A stretch of 64,000 nt of DNA, taken from positions 41,460-105,459 of the forward strand of contig JAENWJ010000001.1 of NCBI GenBank assembly GCA_016649995.1. Reading direction: 5' to 3'. The translations under genes and the position numbers were made by a program. Position 1 is the stretch's first letter, and each line of letters begins with the position of its first letter. This document shows, one piece after another, positions 9,276-20,673 of the stretch. A model generated the notes under the pieces. The model worked only from the letters and a program-made list of their open reading frames with translations, was not told the DNA's origin and ran no database searches. Source of the stretch: Peptostreptococcaceae bacterium. Its GTDB lineage: Bacteria; Bacillota; Clostridia; Peptostreptococcales; BM714.

Positions 9276-11909
9276 ATGGAAAAAATGGGTCTTAACGAAA
9301 TTAGAAAGAACTTTTTAGAGTTTTTCGAGTCAAAGGAACACTATGCACGAATGAGTTATTCACTTGTACCTAAAAATGACAAAAGCCTTCTGCTTGTAAA
9401 CGCAGGGATGGCGCCGCTTAAAACATATTTTATGGGAACCGAGGTACCACCCAACAAGAGAATGGCCACATGCCAGAAATGTATTCGGACGGGTGATATC
9501 GAAAATGTAGGTATTACTGCGCGCCATGCTACTTTTTTTGAAATGCTTGGAAATTTTTCATTTGGAGATTACTTTAAACGTGAATCCATTAAATGGGGAT
9601 GGGAATTTGTGACCGAATGGCTCGATATGCCGGTGGACAAATTATGGGTTACTGTTTACGAAGATGATGATGAAGCTTATGAAATATGGGAAAAGGAAAT
9701 AGGAATTTCCAGGGAACGAATTGTACGACTGGGTAAAGATGACAACTTTTGGGAAATTGGAACAGGCCCATGCGGACCTTGTTCAGAGATATATTTTGAC
9801 AGAGGCGAAAAGTTCAGTTGCGGCGCAGATACGTGCAAACCGGGTTGCGATTGCGATCGCTTCATAGAATTCTGGAACCATGTATTTACTCAATTTGATA
9901 AAGATAATGAAGGAAACTATAATCTATTGCCAAAACCCAATATAGACACAGGAATGGGGCTTGAACGAGTAGCCTGCATAATGCAAAATGTGGAATCAAT
10001 ATTTGAAATTGACACAATAAAATATGTGCTTGACGGAGTTATAGAACTAGCGGGCAAACAGTATGGAAAAAATCGCAAAGATGACATATCCATAAGAATA
10101 ATCACAGATCATATAAGGGCTGTTACCTTTATGACTGCAGATGGCATTATCCCTAGCAATGAAGGAAGAGGTTATGTATTAAGAAGGTTGCTTAGACGAG
10201 CTGCAAGGCACGGAAAGCTTATGGGAATAGAAAAACAATTCCTAACTGAACTTGTTGACAGAGTAATTGAAATATCAAAAGATGCGTACCCGGAATTATT
10301 TGAAAAACGCGAATACATCAAAAAGGTGCTTGAGATAGAAGAAAAACGTTTTCAGCAGACAATTGATTCAGGGATAGAAATTCTTAACGGATACATTGAG
10401 TCCATGAAAAAAGACAGCAATGAAATGCTTTCAGGCAAGGATGCATTTATTTTGTATGACACTTACGGTTTTCCGCTTGATCTAACAAGAGAAATCTTGG
10501 AGGAAATCGGATGCACTGTAGATGAAGAGGAATTTGAAAAGGAAATGACCATTCAGAAGGATAGAGCAAGACAAGCTAGAAAAAATCAAAATGATGTAGG
10601 ATGGGAGTTTGGAGCGGATCTTGAAAAACTCAAAACTGAAAGAACCGAATTTGTGGGATACGATATATTTGAAGCGGAAGCAGAAGTCCTTGCAATTATA
10701 AAAGAAGGAATGCCTATTGAAGAAGCTAAAAAAGGTGAAGAAGTCCAAATAATCATGAATGTCACTCCATTTTACGCAGAGAGCGGAGGCCAAGTAGCTG
10801 ACAAGGGTTTTATTAAAACATCTAAGGGATTGTTTGAAGTTTCAGATTGCAAGAAAAAAAACAATCTATATATACACTACGGAATAGTAATAGAAGGATT
10901 GCTCAGTGTTGGTGAAACAGTCGTTTCAAAGATTGACAAAAAGAACAGAATGGATACGGCAAGAAATCACACTGCTACACATATTCTTCATAGGGCTCTG
11001 AAGAATATTTTGGGTGAGCATGTAGAACAGGCGGGATCATTAGTAACCCCAAACAGACTTAGATTTGACTTTACTCATTTCGACAATGTAAAGAATGCGG
11101 AATTGGATGAAGTAGAAGCAATGGTTAACGAGAAAATTTTTGAAGCTCTTCAAATTGATATTTCTGAAATGGATTTGGATAAGGCAAAAGAACTTGGAGC
11201 AACAGCACTTTTCGGTGAAAAATACGGCAAAATAGTAAGAGTTGTCAAGGTTGACGATTACAGCACCGAACTTTGCGGAGGAACCCACCTAAAGAATACA
11301 AGCGAAGTGGGACTATTTAAAATATATTCAGAAGGCGGGATAGCTGCAGGAGTTAGGCGAATAGAAGCCTTTACAGGAAGAAAGGCATATGCATATGTTA
11401 AGCAGGCGGAAAAAGAAATGAATAATATTATGACATTGGTAAAAGCCAATAATGAAAATGAAGTTGAAGGTAAAATTATTCAAATACTTGATGAATTGAA
11501 AATATCAAAGAAAACATGTGAAGAATTCAAAAAAGAAATGGCATCCTCATCAATGGACGAATTGCTTGGCGGCTTGAAAAAGATAAACGGATTCGATGTA
11601 GTTGCAGGCAAATTAGATGATTTAGATGCGGAAACCTTGCGTGGTCTTGGAGATAAAATATTGAACAAGATTGAAAATGGGGTTGTAGTTCTTGTATCGG
11701 ACGATGGAGAAAAATTGAACTATGCCGCTATGGCGGACAAGGAAGCCATAGCAAACGGAATCCATTGCGGAAAATTGATTAAAGATGTTGCAAAAATTGC
11801 TTCCGGAGGAGGCGGCGGCCGGCCAAACATGGCTCAAGCCGGAGCCAAGGACAGAAGCAAGGCATTGCTTTCTTTGGAACAGGTATATAAGTATGTGGAA
11901 AGCATTTAA
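9276..11909 (+). CDS. alaS: alanine--tRNA ligase
   Basis: About 877 aa with a class II catalytic core, the HTATHILH editing-domain motif and a C-terminal GGGGGRPNMAQAG DHHA1-like motif. Start at ATG 9276 after GGAGGTG. Confidence 0.96.
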   Translation: MEKMGLNEIRKNFLEFFESKEHYARMSYSLVPKNDKSLLLVNAGMAPLKTYFMGTEVPPNKRMATCQKCIRTGDIENVGITARHATFFEMLGNFSFGDYFKRESIKWGWEFVTEWLDMPVDKLWVTVYEDDDEAYEIWEKEIGISRERIVRLGKDDNFWEIGTGPCGPCSEIYFDRGEKFSCGADTCKPGCDCDRFIEFWNHVFTQFDKDNEGNYNLLPKPNIDTGMGLERVACIMQNVESIFEIDTIKYVLDGVIELAGKQYGKNRKDDISIRIITDHIRAVTFMTADGIIPSNEGRGYVLRRLLRRAARHGKLMGIEKQFLTELVDRVIEISKDAYPELFEKREYIKKVLEIEEKRFQQTIDSGIEILNGYIESMKKDSNEMLSGKDAFILYDTYGFPLDLTREILEEIGCTVDEEEFEKEMTIQKDRARQARKNQNDVGWEFGADLEKLKTERTEFVGYDIFEAEAEVLAIIKEGMPIEEAKKGEEVQIIMNVTPFYAESGGQVADKGFIKTSKGLFEVSDCKKKNNLYIHYGIVIEGLLSVGETVVSKIDKKNRMDTARNHTATHILHRALKNILGEHVEQAGSLVTPNRLRFDFTHFDNVKNAELDEVEAMVNEKIFEALQIDISEMDLDKAKELGATALFGEKYGKIVRVVKVDDYSTELCGGTHLKNTSEVGLFKIYSEGGIAAGVRRIEAFTGRKAYAYVKQAEKEMNNIMTLVKANNENEVEGKIIQILDELKISKKTCEEFKKEMASSSMDELLGGLKKINGFDVVAGKLDDLDAETLRGLGDKILNKIENGVVVLVSDDGEKLNYAAMADKEAIANGIHCGKLIKDVAKIASGGGGGRPNMAQAGAKDRSKALLSLEQVYKYVESI

Positions 11910-11994
11910 CAACTAAGCGAGAGCTAAAAGGTATTACTTATAAATAAAATGTAAACATTAAAAAAAGCATTACTTTGTTTTTTTATCAATCTTT

Positions 11995-12025
11995 AAGGCA
12001 GAGGATACCAACCTCTGCCTTTCTT
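11995..12025 (+). terminator. rho-independent terminator after alaS
   Basis: AAGGCAGAGG / CCTCTGCCTT stem with a 7-nt loop, then TCTT. Confidence 0.7.
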
Positions 12026-12090
12026 ATAAAATGGTCCATTGAAATGGAAGGGATTATTAGAGTATAATGGTTAAAAGGAGTGAATTGGAC

Positions 12091-12339
12091 ATGAATGATC
12101 AATATACCATGAAGTATGATGTTGGAAGCGACAATGAAGCCGAAACAAGGGAAATTATTGACGTAGCCTACGAAGCGCTTAAAGAAAAGGGATATAATCC
12201 CGTGAATCAGATTGTCGGATATTTACTTTCAGGAGACCCAACATATATTACAAGTCACAAGGATGCGAGAAAAATGATAAAGAGACTTGAACGAGATGAA
12301 ATAATGGAAGAACTTTTAAAGGCATATTTGGAGAAATAA
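12091..12339 (+). CDS. IreB-family (UPF0297) regulatory phosphoprotein
   Basis: [25 protein letters not shown] signature. Start at ATG 12091 after AAGGAG. Confidence 0.85.
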   Translation: MNDQYTMKYDVGSDNEAETREIIDVAYEALKEKGYNPVNQIVGYLLSGDPTYITSHKDARKMIKRLERDEIMEELLKAYLEK

Positions 12340-12340
12340 A

Positions 12341-13291
12341 ATGGAATATAAAAAACTTGGAAATACAGACTTGCTTGTTTCAAGGTTGTGTTTCGGAAGC
12401 CTGACCATGAGCCCTTTACAGCGTAATCTTACTCCTAAAGAGGGAGGTTTGCTTATAGAAAAGGCCTATGAAAAAGGTGTTAATTTTATTGATACAGCGG
12501 ACTTATATGACAACTATGAACACATTAAAACCGGAATGGAAAATATAGGAAAGAATAATCTAATTATTTCTAGCAAGGCATATGCTTATGATAGAAAAAC
12601 TGCCGAGAAAACATTGACAAGGGCCTTGAAATCTTTAAAAAGAGATTATATAGATATATTTATGTTGCACGAACAGGAAAGCATCCATACAATAAGAGGC
12701 CATTGGGATGCAATCGAGTATTTTATGGAAATGCGTGATAAAGGCTATATAAGGGCTTTGGGTCTTTCTACACACCATGTTGCGGGAGTGATAGGAGCCA
12801 ACATGCACGAAGTCTTTCAGGTAATACATCCAATTTGCAATTATAAAGGCTTGGGAATACAGGATGGCACAATTGAAGACATGTTGGATGTACTACAAGC
12901 TTCGAAAAAAGCGGGAAAAGGAATATACGGTATGAAACCGCTGGGAGGCGGCAATTTAATAAGCCATATAGACGAAGCTTTTGCATTTGCATTAGACCAA
13001 GATGTCATGGATTCCTTTGCAATTGGAATGCAGAGTATTGAAGAGATAGATGACAATGTAAATCGTTTCGAAGGAAAGATCTCAAATGAAACGATTTTAT
13101 CTGAAATAAAAAAACGGGACAGGCACTTGCATATTGCAGATTGGTGCAGGCGTTGCGGCAAATGTGTTGAAGCATGCAAGCAGGATGCTCTTACAATGGG
13201 ACCTGATGGTGTTGAAATTGATGAAGACTTATGCGTTCTTTGTGGTTATTGTAGCGCATATTGCCCTGACTTTTGCATAAAGATAATTTGA
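12341..13291 (+). CDS. aldo/keto reductase fused to a 2x[4Fe-4S] ferredoxin domain
   Basis: AKR N-terminus ([20 protein letters not shown]). C-terminal [11 protein letters not shown] and [12 protein letters not shown] cluster motifs. Confidence 0.85.
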   Translation: MEYKKLGNTDLLVSRLCFGSLTMSPLQRNLTPKEGGLLIEKAYEKGVNFIDTADLYDNYEHIKTGMENIGKNNLIISSKAYAYDRKTAEKTLTRALKSLKRDYIDIFMLHEQESIHTIRGHWDAIEYFMEMRDKGYIRALGLSTHHVAGVIGANMHEVFQVIHPICNYKGLGIQDGTIEDMLDVLQASKKAGKGIYGMKPLGGGNLISHIDEAFAFALDQDVMDSFAIGMQSIEEIDDNVNRFEGKISNETILSEIKKRDRHLHIADWCRRCGKCVEACKQDALTMGPDGVEIDEDLCVLCGYCSAYCPDFCIKII

Positions 13292-13305
13292 AAGGGGAAA
13301 TATTA

Positions 13306-13725
13306 TTGCGAATTATGGGTTTGGATGTCGGCGACAAGACAATAGGGGTATCGGTTAGTGATGAGTTGTTTTGGACGGCTCAAGCATTGAAGACAATAAA
13401 GAGAAAGAGCAAGAAAAAGGATTTATATATCCTGAGGGGTATAATAGAAGAAAAGAATGTTGGAAAAATTGTCGTCGGTTTACCGTTCAATATGAATGGA
13501 ACTTTAGGGCCTCAAGGCGAAAAGGTTAAGGATTTTGTTGCTTGGATTGAGAGTAAAGTCGATATTGAGTGCGTTTACGAGGATGAGAGATTGACAACAG
13601 CAATGGCTGAACGATATTTGATAGAGGCGGATATGTCTAGAAAGAAAAGAAAAGAAGTGATTGATACGGTTGCTGCTATGCATATTCTGCAATCATATCT
13701 TGACAGAACAAAAAGAGGTGATTAA
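13306..13725 (+). CDS. ruvX: Holliday junction resolvase-like / pre-16S rRNA nuclease YqgF
   Basis: [15 protein letters not shown] motif. TTG start at 13306 lies 7 nt after AGGGGA; an ATG alternative is at 13315. Confidence 0.88.
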   Translation: MRIMGLDVGDKTIGVSVSDELFWTAQALKTIKRKSKKKDLYILRGIIEEKNVGKIVVGLPFNMNGTLGPQGEKVKDFVAWIESKVDIECVYEDERLTTAMAERYLIEADMSRKKRKEVIDTVAAMHILQSYLDRTKRGD

Positions 13726-13726
13726 T

Positions 13727-13963
13727 ATGGTTGATAAAATAATCGAACTCATCGACGAGGAAAACAATACGAAAAAGTTTGAATTAATAGAGATGGTCGA
13801 GTATGATGATAAAAATTTTGCGATTCTTGCACCGGTTGAAGGCTCACAGGACGATGCAATTGTATGCGAAATTATCGATAAAGGAAGCGAGCTGATTATT
13901 AAACCAATCGAGGACCAAAAGTTATTGGATATAATCGAAGATATATATGATGAAATGAATTAA
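13727..13963 (+). CDS. DUF1292-family small acidic protein
   Basis: Acidic 78-aa protein in the conserved position after ruvX. Start at ATG 13727 after AGAGGTG. Confidence 0.75.
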   Translation: MVDKIIELIDEENNTKKFELIEMVEYDDKNFAILAPVEGSQDDAIVCEIIDKGSELIIKPIEDQKLLDIIEDIYDEMN

Positions 13964-14043
13964 ATAACACCCTTGTGGTGTTTTTTAATTCATTATTTAT
14001 GATAAAATATTCATGTTATTCAAAATAGTTATGAGGTGATATA

Positions 14044-17000
14044 TTGTATCTCAAAAGCATAGAAATGTATGGATTCAAGTCTTTCGCGGAAAGAGCGGAA
14101 ATAAAATTTAAAGATGGAATTGTGGGAATTGTTGGCCCGAACGGAAGTGGAAAGAGCAATATTACTGATGCGGTAAGATGGGTTTTAGGCGAACAAAGCG
14201 CAAAGGTTCTCAGGGGCAACAAAATGGAGGATCTTATTTTCAGTGGAACCGATAGACGTAAACAGTTGGGAATGGCTGAGGTATCTCTAACATTTGACAA
14301 CAAAGAAGGAATTCTGCCTATTGAATATGGTGAAGTTATTGTTAAGCGAAGAGTCTATAGATCCGGGGAAAGCGAATATCTTATAAACAACAACCCATGC
14401 AAATTGAGAGAAATAAAAGAATTGTTTATGGATACGGGTATAGGAATAGATGGATACTCAATAATAGGACAAGGAAGGATCGACTCGATTTTAAACAGCA
14501 AATCAGATGAAAGAAGAAAAATATTTGAAGAAGCTGCCGGAATAGTCAAATACAAAAATAGAAAAGAAAATACGGAAAAAAAGCTGGAAGGTACAAATAA
14601 AAACATTCTTAGAGTTGAGGACATTCTTAACGAACTCAAGCTAAGGATTAATCCTTTAAAGCTTGAAGCTGAAAAATCAAAGCGGTATGAAGAATACTAT
14701 GGTGAATTGAAGGGTATGGAAATTTCACTATTTATGGAAGAAATCGATATTATTAACGGTAAAATGAAGGATAATAGAGAAAAACTCGCAAGCGTAGAAA
14801 CAAACATATCAAGTTTAGAAAACAAAAAAAATGAATCGAAAATTGAACTAATTGAAACGAAAGAGATTTTGGAACAATTGAGATATAATTCCCGAGAAGG
14901 TGAGAAAAACCTTTTGGATGCAAATGAAAAGAGAAATCAACTAAACTATGAGATGGACCTGTTAACTGAGAAAAAGAGATCTTCCATTAAAGAAAAAACT
15001 AATAAGAAAAACCAAATAGATGGTAATGAAAAAGAAAATGAAGTATTGTTAAATGCCATGAATAAGCAAAAAAACCTTTCGGATGAGTTTGAGGAAAAGA
15101 AATATTTGCTTAAAGAAAGCATGAAAAATGAAGAGGAAAAAATAGAAATATTATCCAACAAATTAGCACTGGCAAAAAATCAACTGCTGAAGGAAAAAGC
15201 AAATGTACTTGAGGATTTCAATAAATCGTCTGAAATGAAAAGTGAAATCGCAAGTCTTAATTCATACGAGAAAAGTGTGGAAAAACGTCTGGCAAAATTG
15301 CATGAAGATAAAAAGTCAATTGACGAATTGATTGCATGCGCTGCATCTGAAAAAAAAGCTTTTGAAGAGGAAATGGAAATAATTGAAAATAAAAGAGCAA
15401 GCTATTTGACTGTACACGAATCTGCCATACATATTTATGAAGAATACAGGGATTTGGAATATGAAACAGAAAAAGGAATAAATGATATCGAGCGTGAAAT
15501 AAAAACACTACATGAAAGACAGCTTTTTTACAAAAGAATGATTGACAATTATGAAGGCTTTAACAGCAGTGTGAAAAATTCACTAACTGCTTTGCGTGGA
15601 CACGCATTGGCAAAACATATTGAAGGAACTGTTTCAGAAATCATTAAAGTTGACAAAGTTTATGAATTAGCCATAGAAACTGCATTGGGCTATTCAAGCC
15701 AACACATAATATGCGACACAATCGATTCTGCGAGAAAAATCATAGAGTTTGCAAAAAAAGAAAAAACAGGACGCATAACACTTCTTCCAATGAGCGATAT
15801 AAGAGGTCGAACAGGCAATGGTGGCATTGTTCCAAAAGATGATGACGTTGTAGGAAGAGCTAAGGAATTAATTCGTTATGACAAGAAATTTGAGAATATT
15901 GTTGATTTTGTGCTTGGCAGCATAATTATAGTGAAAGATTCGTCAACGGCCACCAGACTTATAAAAAACGGTTTCAGAGGAAGCCGGCTGATCACTCTTG
16001 AAGGGGATGTATTCAATCCGGGAGGAACTATCACAGGTGGAAGTGCAAAAGGCAGGAGCGCAGGTCTGTTAACAAGAAAACGAATTTATGGGGATATTAT
16101 TAGAGAAATTGAAGAAAAAAACAGCGATTTGAAAATAATGAAGACCAATATCGAGGCAATAATTGACAAGAGACTATTAAGTGAAAAGGATTTGAATGAA
16201 GCAAAAGAAAAAGTAATGTGGACTGATAATGCAATGGAAAAACTGTCTCGAGATCTTGAAATGGCTGTAAAGAATAATAATACATTAAGAGATAGACAAT
16301 TTGATTTGGAAAATGAATTGAGTGAATCGATTCAAGAAGGAGAAAATATAGAAAGAAATAGAGCATCTATTGTCAATAGTATAAATGATATGGAAGCCCT
16401 TAATTCTTTCAACGAAAAAAGCATAGCGGAATTAGAAAAAAATGAAAAAACACATGCAAACGGACTGGATGCGCTAAAAGAATCACTTAATGTAAAAAAA
16501 GTGGAACACGCCATCATGTTTGAAAAAATGAAAGGTATTGAAAATGAAATTTCCAGGTTGAGCTTTTCAATTGATAGGTTGATAAAAAATAACAATGATT
16601 GTGAAACTCAATTATCCGAGTTGAATTTGCATATAGAAAAATACGAGAGTGAAATTTTAATGAAGCGTGAAACATTCGAACAATTAACTCTTGAAATAGA
16701 AAAATTAAAAAAAGTGAATGTTAAACACGCAATGTCTATAGGTGAAAATGCGGCCATAGCAAGAGCGGGACAAGAATATTTGGATAAAACCAATGAAAAC
16801 ATCATAAAAGAAAAGGAAAGATATCACAAATTAGAAATGTCAGATACAAGAAACCAAATGAATTATGATCATTTTATCAAACAATTATGGGAAGTTTATC
16901 AACTTTCTTATATCGAGGCAACGGAGCAGCGAACGGAGATAACGAATAGAAGCTCAATGAATAAGCGCATCGAAGTTCTTAAGAGGGAAATTGAATTACT

Positions 17001-17604
17001 CGGAGATATAAACAAAACAGCCATAAAGGAATATGATGAAGTATTGCATAGATATGAGTTTCTTAGCAAACAAAAATGCGATTTGATTGAGGCAAAAAAC
17101 ACTCTCGAGGATTTGATTGTAAAGCTTGAAGAGAAGATGGTTAAAATTTTCAAAGAGGAAATTAAAGAAATAAACAGCAACTTTAACAAAACATTCAATC
17201 AACTTTTCAATGGGGGAAGAGCGGAAATAATATTCGAAGACACCGAAGACATATTGAATTCACATATAGATATTTATGCGGAGCCTCCAGGCAAAAGGTT
17301 GCAAAACCTTAATCTTCTATCTGGCGGAGAAAAGTCGTTGACTGCTATAGCGATGCTTTTCGCAATATTAATGAAAAAGCCTTCGCCTTTCTGTGTGTTG
17401 GATGAAATTGAAGCTGCTTTGGATGATGTAAATGTTTATAGGTTTGCATCGTTCTTAAAAAAATTCGCGACACAATCGCAATTCATTTTAATCACGCATC
17501 GAAAGGGTACAATGGGAATTGCCGACGTGCTTTACGGAGTCACCATGGAAGAGAAGGGGATATCAAAAATAGTTTCATTGGAAATAAAAAACAAAGCGAG
17601 CTAG
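14044..17604 (+). CDS. smc: chromosome partition protein Smc
   Basis: 1186 aa with Walker A GPNGSGKSN, long coiled coils, a hinge, the LSGGEKSLTA signature and Walker B FCVLDEIEAALD. Confidence 0.96.
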   Translation: MYLKSIEMYGFKSFAERAEIKFKDGIVGIVGPNGSGKSNITDAVRWVLGEQSAKVLRGNKMEDLIFSGTDRRKQLGMAEVSLTFDNKEGILPIEYGEVIVKRRVYRSGESEYLINNNPCKLREIKELFMDTGIGIDGYSIIGQGRIDSILNSKSDERRKIFEEAAGIVKYKNRKENTEKKLEGTNKNILRVEDILNELKLRINPLKLEAEKSKRYEEYYGELKGMEISLFMEEIDIINGKMKDNREKLASVETNISSLENKKNESKIELIETKEILEQLRYNSREGEKNLLDANEKRNQLNYEMDLLTEKKRSSIKEKTNKKNQIDGNEKENEVLLNAMNKQKNLSDEFEEKKYLLKESMKNEEEKIEILSNKLALAKNQLLKEKANVLEDFNKSSEMKSEIASLNSYEKSVEKRLAKLHEDKKSIDELIACAASEKKAFEEEMEIIENKRASYLTVHESAIHIYEEYRDLEYETEKGINDIEREIKTLHERQLFYKRMIDNYEGFNSSVKNSLTALRGHALAKHIEGTVSEIIKVDKVYELAIETALGYSSQHIICDTIDSARKIIEFAKKEKTGRITLLPMSDIRGRTGNGGIVPKDDDVVGRAKELIRYDKKFENIVDFVLGSIIIVKDSSTATRLIKNGFRGSRLITLEGDVFNPGGTITGGSAKGRSAGLLTRKRIYGDIIREIEEKNSDLKIMKTNIEAIIDKRLLSEKDLNEAKEKVMWTDNAMEKLSRDLEMAVKNNNTLRDRQFDLENELSESIQEGENIERNRASIVNSINDMEALNSFNEKSIAELEKNEKTHANGLDALKESLNVKKVEHAIMFEKMKGIENEISRLSFSIDRLIKNNNDCETQLSELNLHIEKYESEILMKRETFEQLTLEIEKLKKVNVKHAMSIGENAAIARAGQEYLDKTNENIIKEKERYHKLEMSDTRNQMNYDHFIKQLWEVYQLSYIEATEQRTEITNRSSMNKRIEVLKREIELLGDINKTAIKEYDEVLHRYEFLSKQKCDLIEAKNTLEDLIVKLEEKMVKIFKEEIKEINSNFNKTFNQLFNGGRAEIIFEDTEDILNSHIDIYAEPPGKRLQNLNLLSGGEKSLTAIAMLFAILMKKPSPFCVLDEIEAALDDVNVYRFASFLKKFATQSQFILITHRKGTMGIADVLYGVTMEEKGISKIVSLEIKNKAS

Positions 17605-17614
17605 GAGTGGAAAC

Positions 17615-18529
17615 TTGAAGAATATTTTTGAAAGGCTTAGAGAAGGATTAGGTAAAACAAGAGATAATTTTACAGGAAAGATTGATGCATTGTTTAATTC
17701 TTTAAAAGTTATTGATGATGATTTTTATGAGGAGTTAGAAGATCTGCTTATTCTATCGGATGTCGGATATGAAACAACAATGGAAATCATGGAATCTCTT
17801 GAAAAGACACTTAAAAATGAGAAGGTAAGGGATGCGGGAAAGGTAAAAGGGATTTTGAAATCATTGCTGGCAGAAAAACTAAATGTAGTTGAGTCTGCTA
17901 AAGTTGAAGTGAAAAATGAGGGCCTGCGAATAATACTGATAATAGGGGTCAACGGGGTTGGTAAAACTACCACTATAGGCAAGCTTGCAAGTAAATTTAC
18001 GGCAAATGGTGAAAAAGTTATCGTTGCTGCTGCCGATACATTCAGAGCAGCTGCAGTGGAACAACTAAAAGTATGGGTTGAACGAGCAAATTGTGATTTG
18101 ATTTCACAAAAAGAGGGAGCAGATCCTGCGTCTGTGGTTTACGATGCCATTCAGGCTGCGAAAGCCCGCAAAATGGATTTATTGATTTGTGATACTGCAG
18201 GGCGTTTGCACAATAAAAAGAATCTGATGAATGAATTGAATAAGATTACAAAAATCATTAAAAGAGAAGCCCATGAAGCGTCTTTGGAAACATACCTTGT
18301 ATTGGATGCTACAACAGGTCAAAATGCGTTGAATCAGGCAAAGGCTTTTAGCGAAATAACGGATATAAGCGGGATTGTAATGACCAAGCTTGATGGTACG
18401 GCAAAGGGCGGCATTGTTTTTGCACTTGTTTCCGAGTTGGGATTGCCGGTTAAATATATAGGTGTTGGCGAAGGTATTGAAGATCTTCAAAAATTTGATG
18501 CAGAAAGCTTTATTAATGCAATTTTTTAA
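17615..18529 (+). CDS. ftsY: signal recognition particle receptor FtsY
   Basis: NG domain motifs GVNGVGKTTT, DTAGR and TKLDGTAKGG. Confidence 0.95.
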   Translation: MKNIFERLREGLGKTRDNFTGKIDALFNSLKVIDDDFYEELEDLLILSDVGYETTMEIMESLEKTLKNEKVRDAGKVKGILKSLLAEKLNVVESAKVEVKNEGLRIILIIGVNGVGKTTTIGKLASKFTANGEKVIVAAADTFRAAAVEQLKVWVERANCDLISQKEGADPASVVYDAIQAAKARKMDLLICDTAGRLHNKKNLMNELNKITKIIKREAHEASLETYLVLDATTGQNALNQAKAFSEITDISGIVMTKLDGTAKGGIVFALVSELGLPVKYIGVGEGIEDLQKFDAESFINAIF

Positions 18530-18607
18530 AAAGCTCTTGACTATTTCTTTTGAATACTGTAATATTCTCATGTAAAGCAAAATCACTTTACATAAGAGGT
18601 ACGAATA

Positions 18608-18970
18608 ATGGAAAAAAAAATTAGATACGGTAATTTGTTTGCGTTTTATGGGAAGCTCTTAACAGAAAAACAATACGAAATGCTGTATTATTATTACTTG
18701 AATGATTATTCAATGGTTGAAATTGCTGAGAATATGAAAATTAGCAGACAGGCAGTATATGACGCGGTAAGAAAATCAAACAAAGCATTGGATAGTTATG
18801 AACTTAAAATGGAGCTTTATGGAAAATTCAAAAGAATATCCGATTATTCAAATTCGATAATTGAGAATGCTAAAAGAGTATTGCAAAATGAGAATAATGA
18901 AGATAAAAGAAATGAAGTGTATAACATTGTAAAATTGGCTACGGAAATAATACAGGTAAATGATAATTAA
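18608..18970 (+). CDS. ylxM: YlxM-family (UPF0122) HTH protein
   Basis: Small sigma-70 region-4-like HTH protein immediately upstream of ffh. Confidence 0.8.
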   Translation: MEKKIRYGNLFAFYGKLLTEKQYEMLYYYYLNDYSMVEIAENMKISRQAVYDAVRKSNKALDSYELKMELYGKFKRISDYSNSIIENAKRVLQNENNEDKRNEVYNIVKLATEIIQVNDN

Positions 18971-18988
18971 CCATTAGGAGGATTCGGT

Positions 18989-20326
18989 ATGTTGTTTGAA
19001 AGCCTTGCTGAAAAACTTCAAAATTCATTAAATAAACTGAAAGGCAAGGGTAAGCTTTCAGAAAAAGATATAAAATCGGCAATGCGTGAAGTAAAACTTG
19101 CATTATTGGAAGCGGATGTAAACTATAAAGTTGTAAAATCATTCATAAGCAAGATCACTGAACGTTCAGTAGGATCAGAAGTAATGACGAGCCTTACCCC
19201 TGGACAACAGGTAATAAAAATTGTTAATGAAGAATTGATGGTTTTGATGGGGACAAGCGAGACGAAAATCGAGTTTTCTTCAAAGCCACCCACTGTCATT
19301 ATGATGGTTGGACTGCAAGGCGCCGGGAAAACGACTACAATGGGGAAATTGGGCGGTTACTTTAAGAAGGCTGGCAAGAACCCTCTATTGGTTGCAGGAG
19401 ATATATATAGGCCTGCTGCAATAAAACAGCTTCAAGTTGTCGGCGAAAAATTGGATATTCCGGTTTTTTCAATGGGCGATTCTACATTGCCGCAAAATAT
19501 TTCTAAAGCGGCACTTGAATTCGCAAAGAGAAAAGGACATGATATAGTTCTTATAGATACGGCAGGAAGGTTGCATATTGATGAAACATTAATGCAGGAA
19601 TTGATAAATATAAAGAAAGCTGTTGATCCAAAGGAAATATTGCTTGTAATAGATGCAATGACAGGACAAGATGCAGTAAATGTTGCCGAAGCTTTCGACA
19701 GAGATCTTTCGATAACAGGTGTTGTTCTAACAAAGCTTGATGGTGATACCAGAGGAGGAGCAGCACTTTCGGTAAAAGCTATAACAGGAAAACCAATAAA
19801 ATTTGTTGGAACAGGTGAAAAACTTGATTCAATAGAACCATTTTATCCTGAAAGAATGGCCTCAAGGATTTTGGGTATGGGGGATGTACTCACACTTATA
19901 GAAAAGGCTCAAGAAACCTTTTCTGAAGATAGTGCAAGAAAACTTCAGAAAAAGATAAAAGAACAAAGCTTTGATTTGAATGACTTTCTCAGTCAGATGG
20001 AACAGATGAAAAACATGGGGCCAATTGACCAAATTATGGAAATGATGCCTGGGGTCGGCGGAAAACAGTTGAAAAACTTGAAGGTCGATGAAAACGAATT
20101 GACAAGAATCGAAGCTGTAATAAAATCAATGACGGTGGAAGAACGTACAAATCCAGAGATAATAAGCAGCGGAAGAAGAAAGCGAATAGCTTCCGGAAGT
20201 GGAACCAGCGTTCAGCAGGTAAACAAGCTTTTAAAGCAATTTTCCCAGACAAAAAAGATGATGAAGCAATTTTCGGGCATGGGAAAGAAACAAGGCAAAA
20301 GAGGATTCAATATTCCTTTTATGTAA
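18989..20326 (+). CDS. ffh: signal recognition particle protein Ffh
   Basis: GLQGAGKTTT, DTAGR, TKLDGDTRGG and a Met-rich M domain. Confidence 0.96.
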   Translation: MLFESLAEKLQNSLNKLKGKGKLSEKDIKSAMREVKLALLEADVNYKVVKSFISKITERSVGSEVMTSLTPGQQVIKIVNEELMVLMGTSETKIEFSSKPPTVIMMVGLQGAGKTTTMGKLGGYFKKAGKNPLLVAGDIYRPAAIKQLQVVGEKLDIPVFSMGDSTLPQNISKAALEFAKRKGHDIVLIDTAGRLHIDETLMQELINIKKAVDPKEILLVIDAMTGQDAVNVAEAFDRDLSITGVVLTKLDGDTRGGAALSVKAITGKPIKFVGTGEKLDSIEPFYPERMASRILGMGDVLTLIEKAQETFSEDSARKLQKKIKEQSFDLNDFLSQMEQMKNMGPIDQIMEMMPGVGGKQLKNLKVDENELTRIEAVIKSMTVEERTNPEIISSGRRKRIASGSGTSVQQVNKLLKQFSQTKKMMKQFSGMGKKQGKRGFNIPFM

Positions 20327-20373
20327 ATAAATGATTTTATGCTTAGATAATTATTTTCAAGGAGGTGAAGTAA

Positions 20374-20652
20374 ATGTCTGTAAAAATTAGATTGAAAAGA
20401 ATTGGTGCTAAAAAGAAACCTTTTTATAGAATTGTTGTAGCTGATTCAAGATCTCCAAGAGATGGTAAATTCATCGAAGAGTTAGGTTATTATAATCCTT
20501 TGAAAGACCCGGGAGAGGTTAAAATCAACGATGAAAAAGCTGTCGAATGGTTGCTTAACGGGGCACAACCTACTGAAACAGTAAGAGTATTGCTCAAGAA
20601 GAACAACATTTTAGAAAAATTTAAAGAAGCTAAAGAAGCTAAAAAAGCATAG
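20374..20652 (+). CDS. rpsP: 30S ribosomal protein S16
   Basis: [31 protein letters not shown]. Confidence 0.96.
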   Translation: MSVKIRLKRIGAKKKPFYRIVVADSRSPRDGKFIEELGYYNPLKDPGEVKINDEKAVEWLLNGAQPTETVRVLLKKNNILEKFKEAKEAKKA

Positions 20653-20673
20653 GAACCATCAGGAGGTGTAATC

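Noticed and set aside
9136-9318. 60-aa ORF upstream of alaS
   Set aside because: It lies entirely within the T-box leader and terminator and overlaps the alaS start, so it is a non-coding leader.
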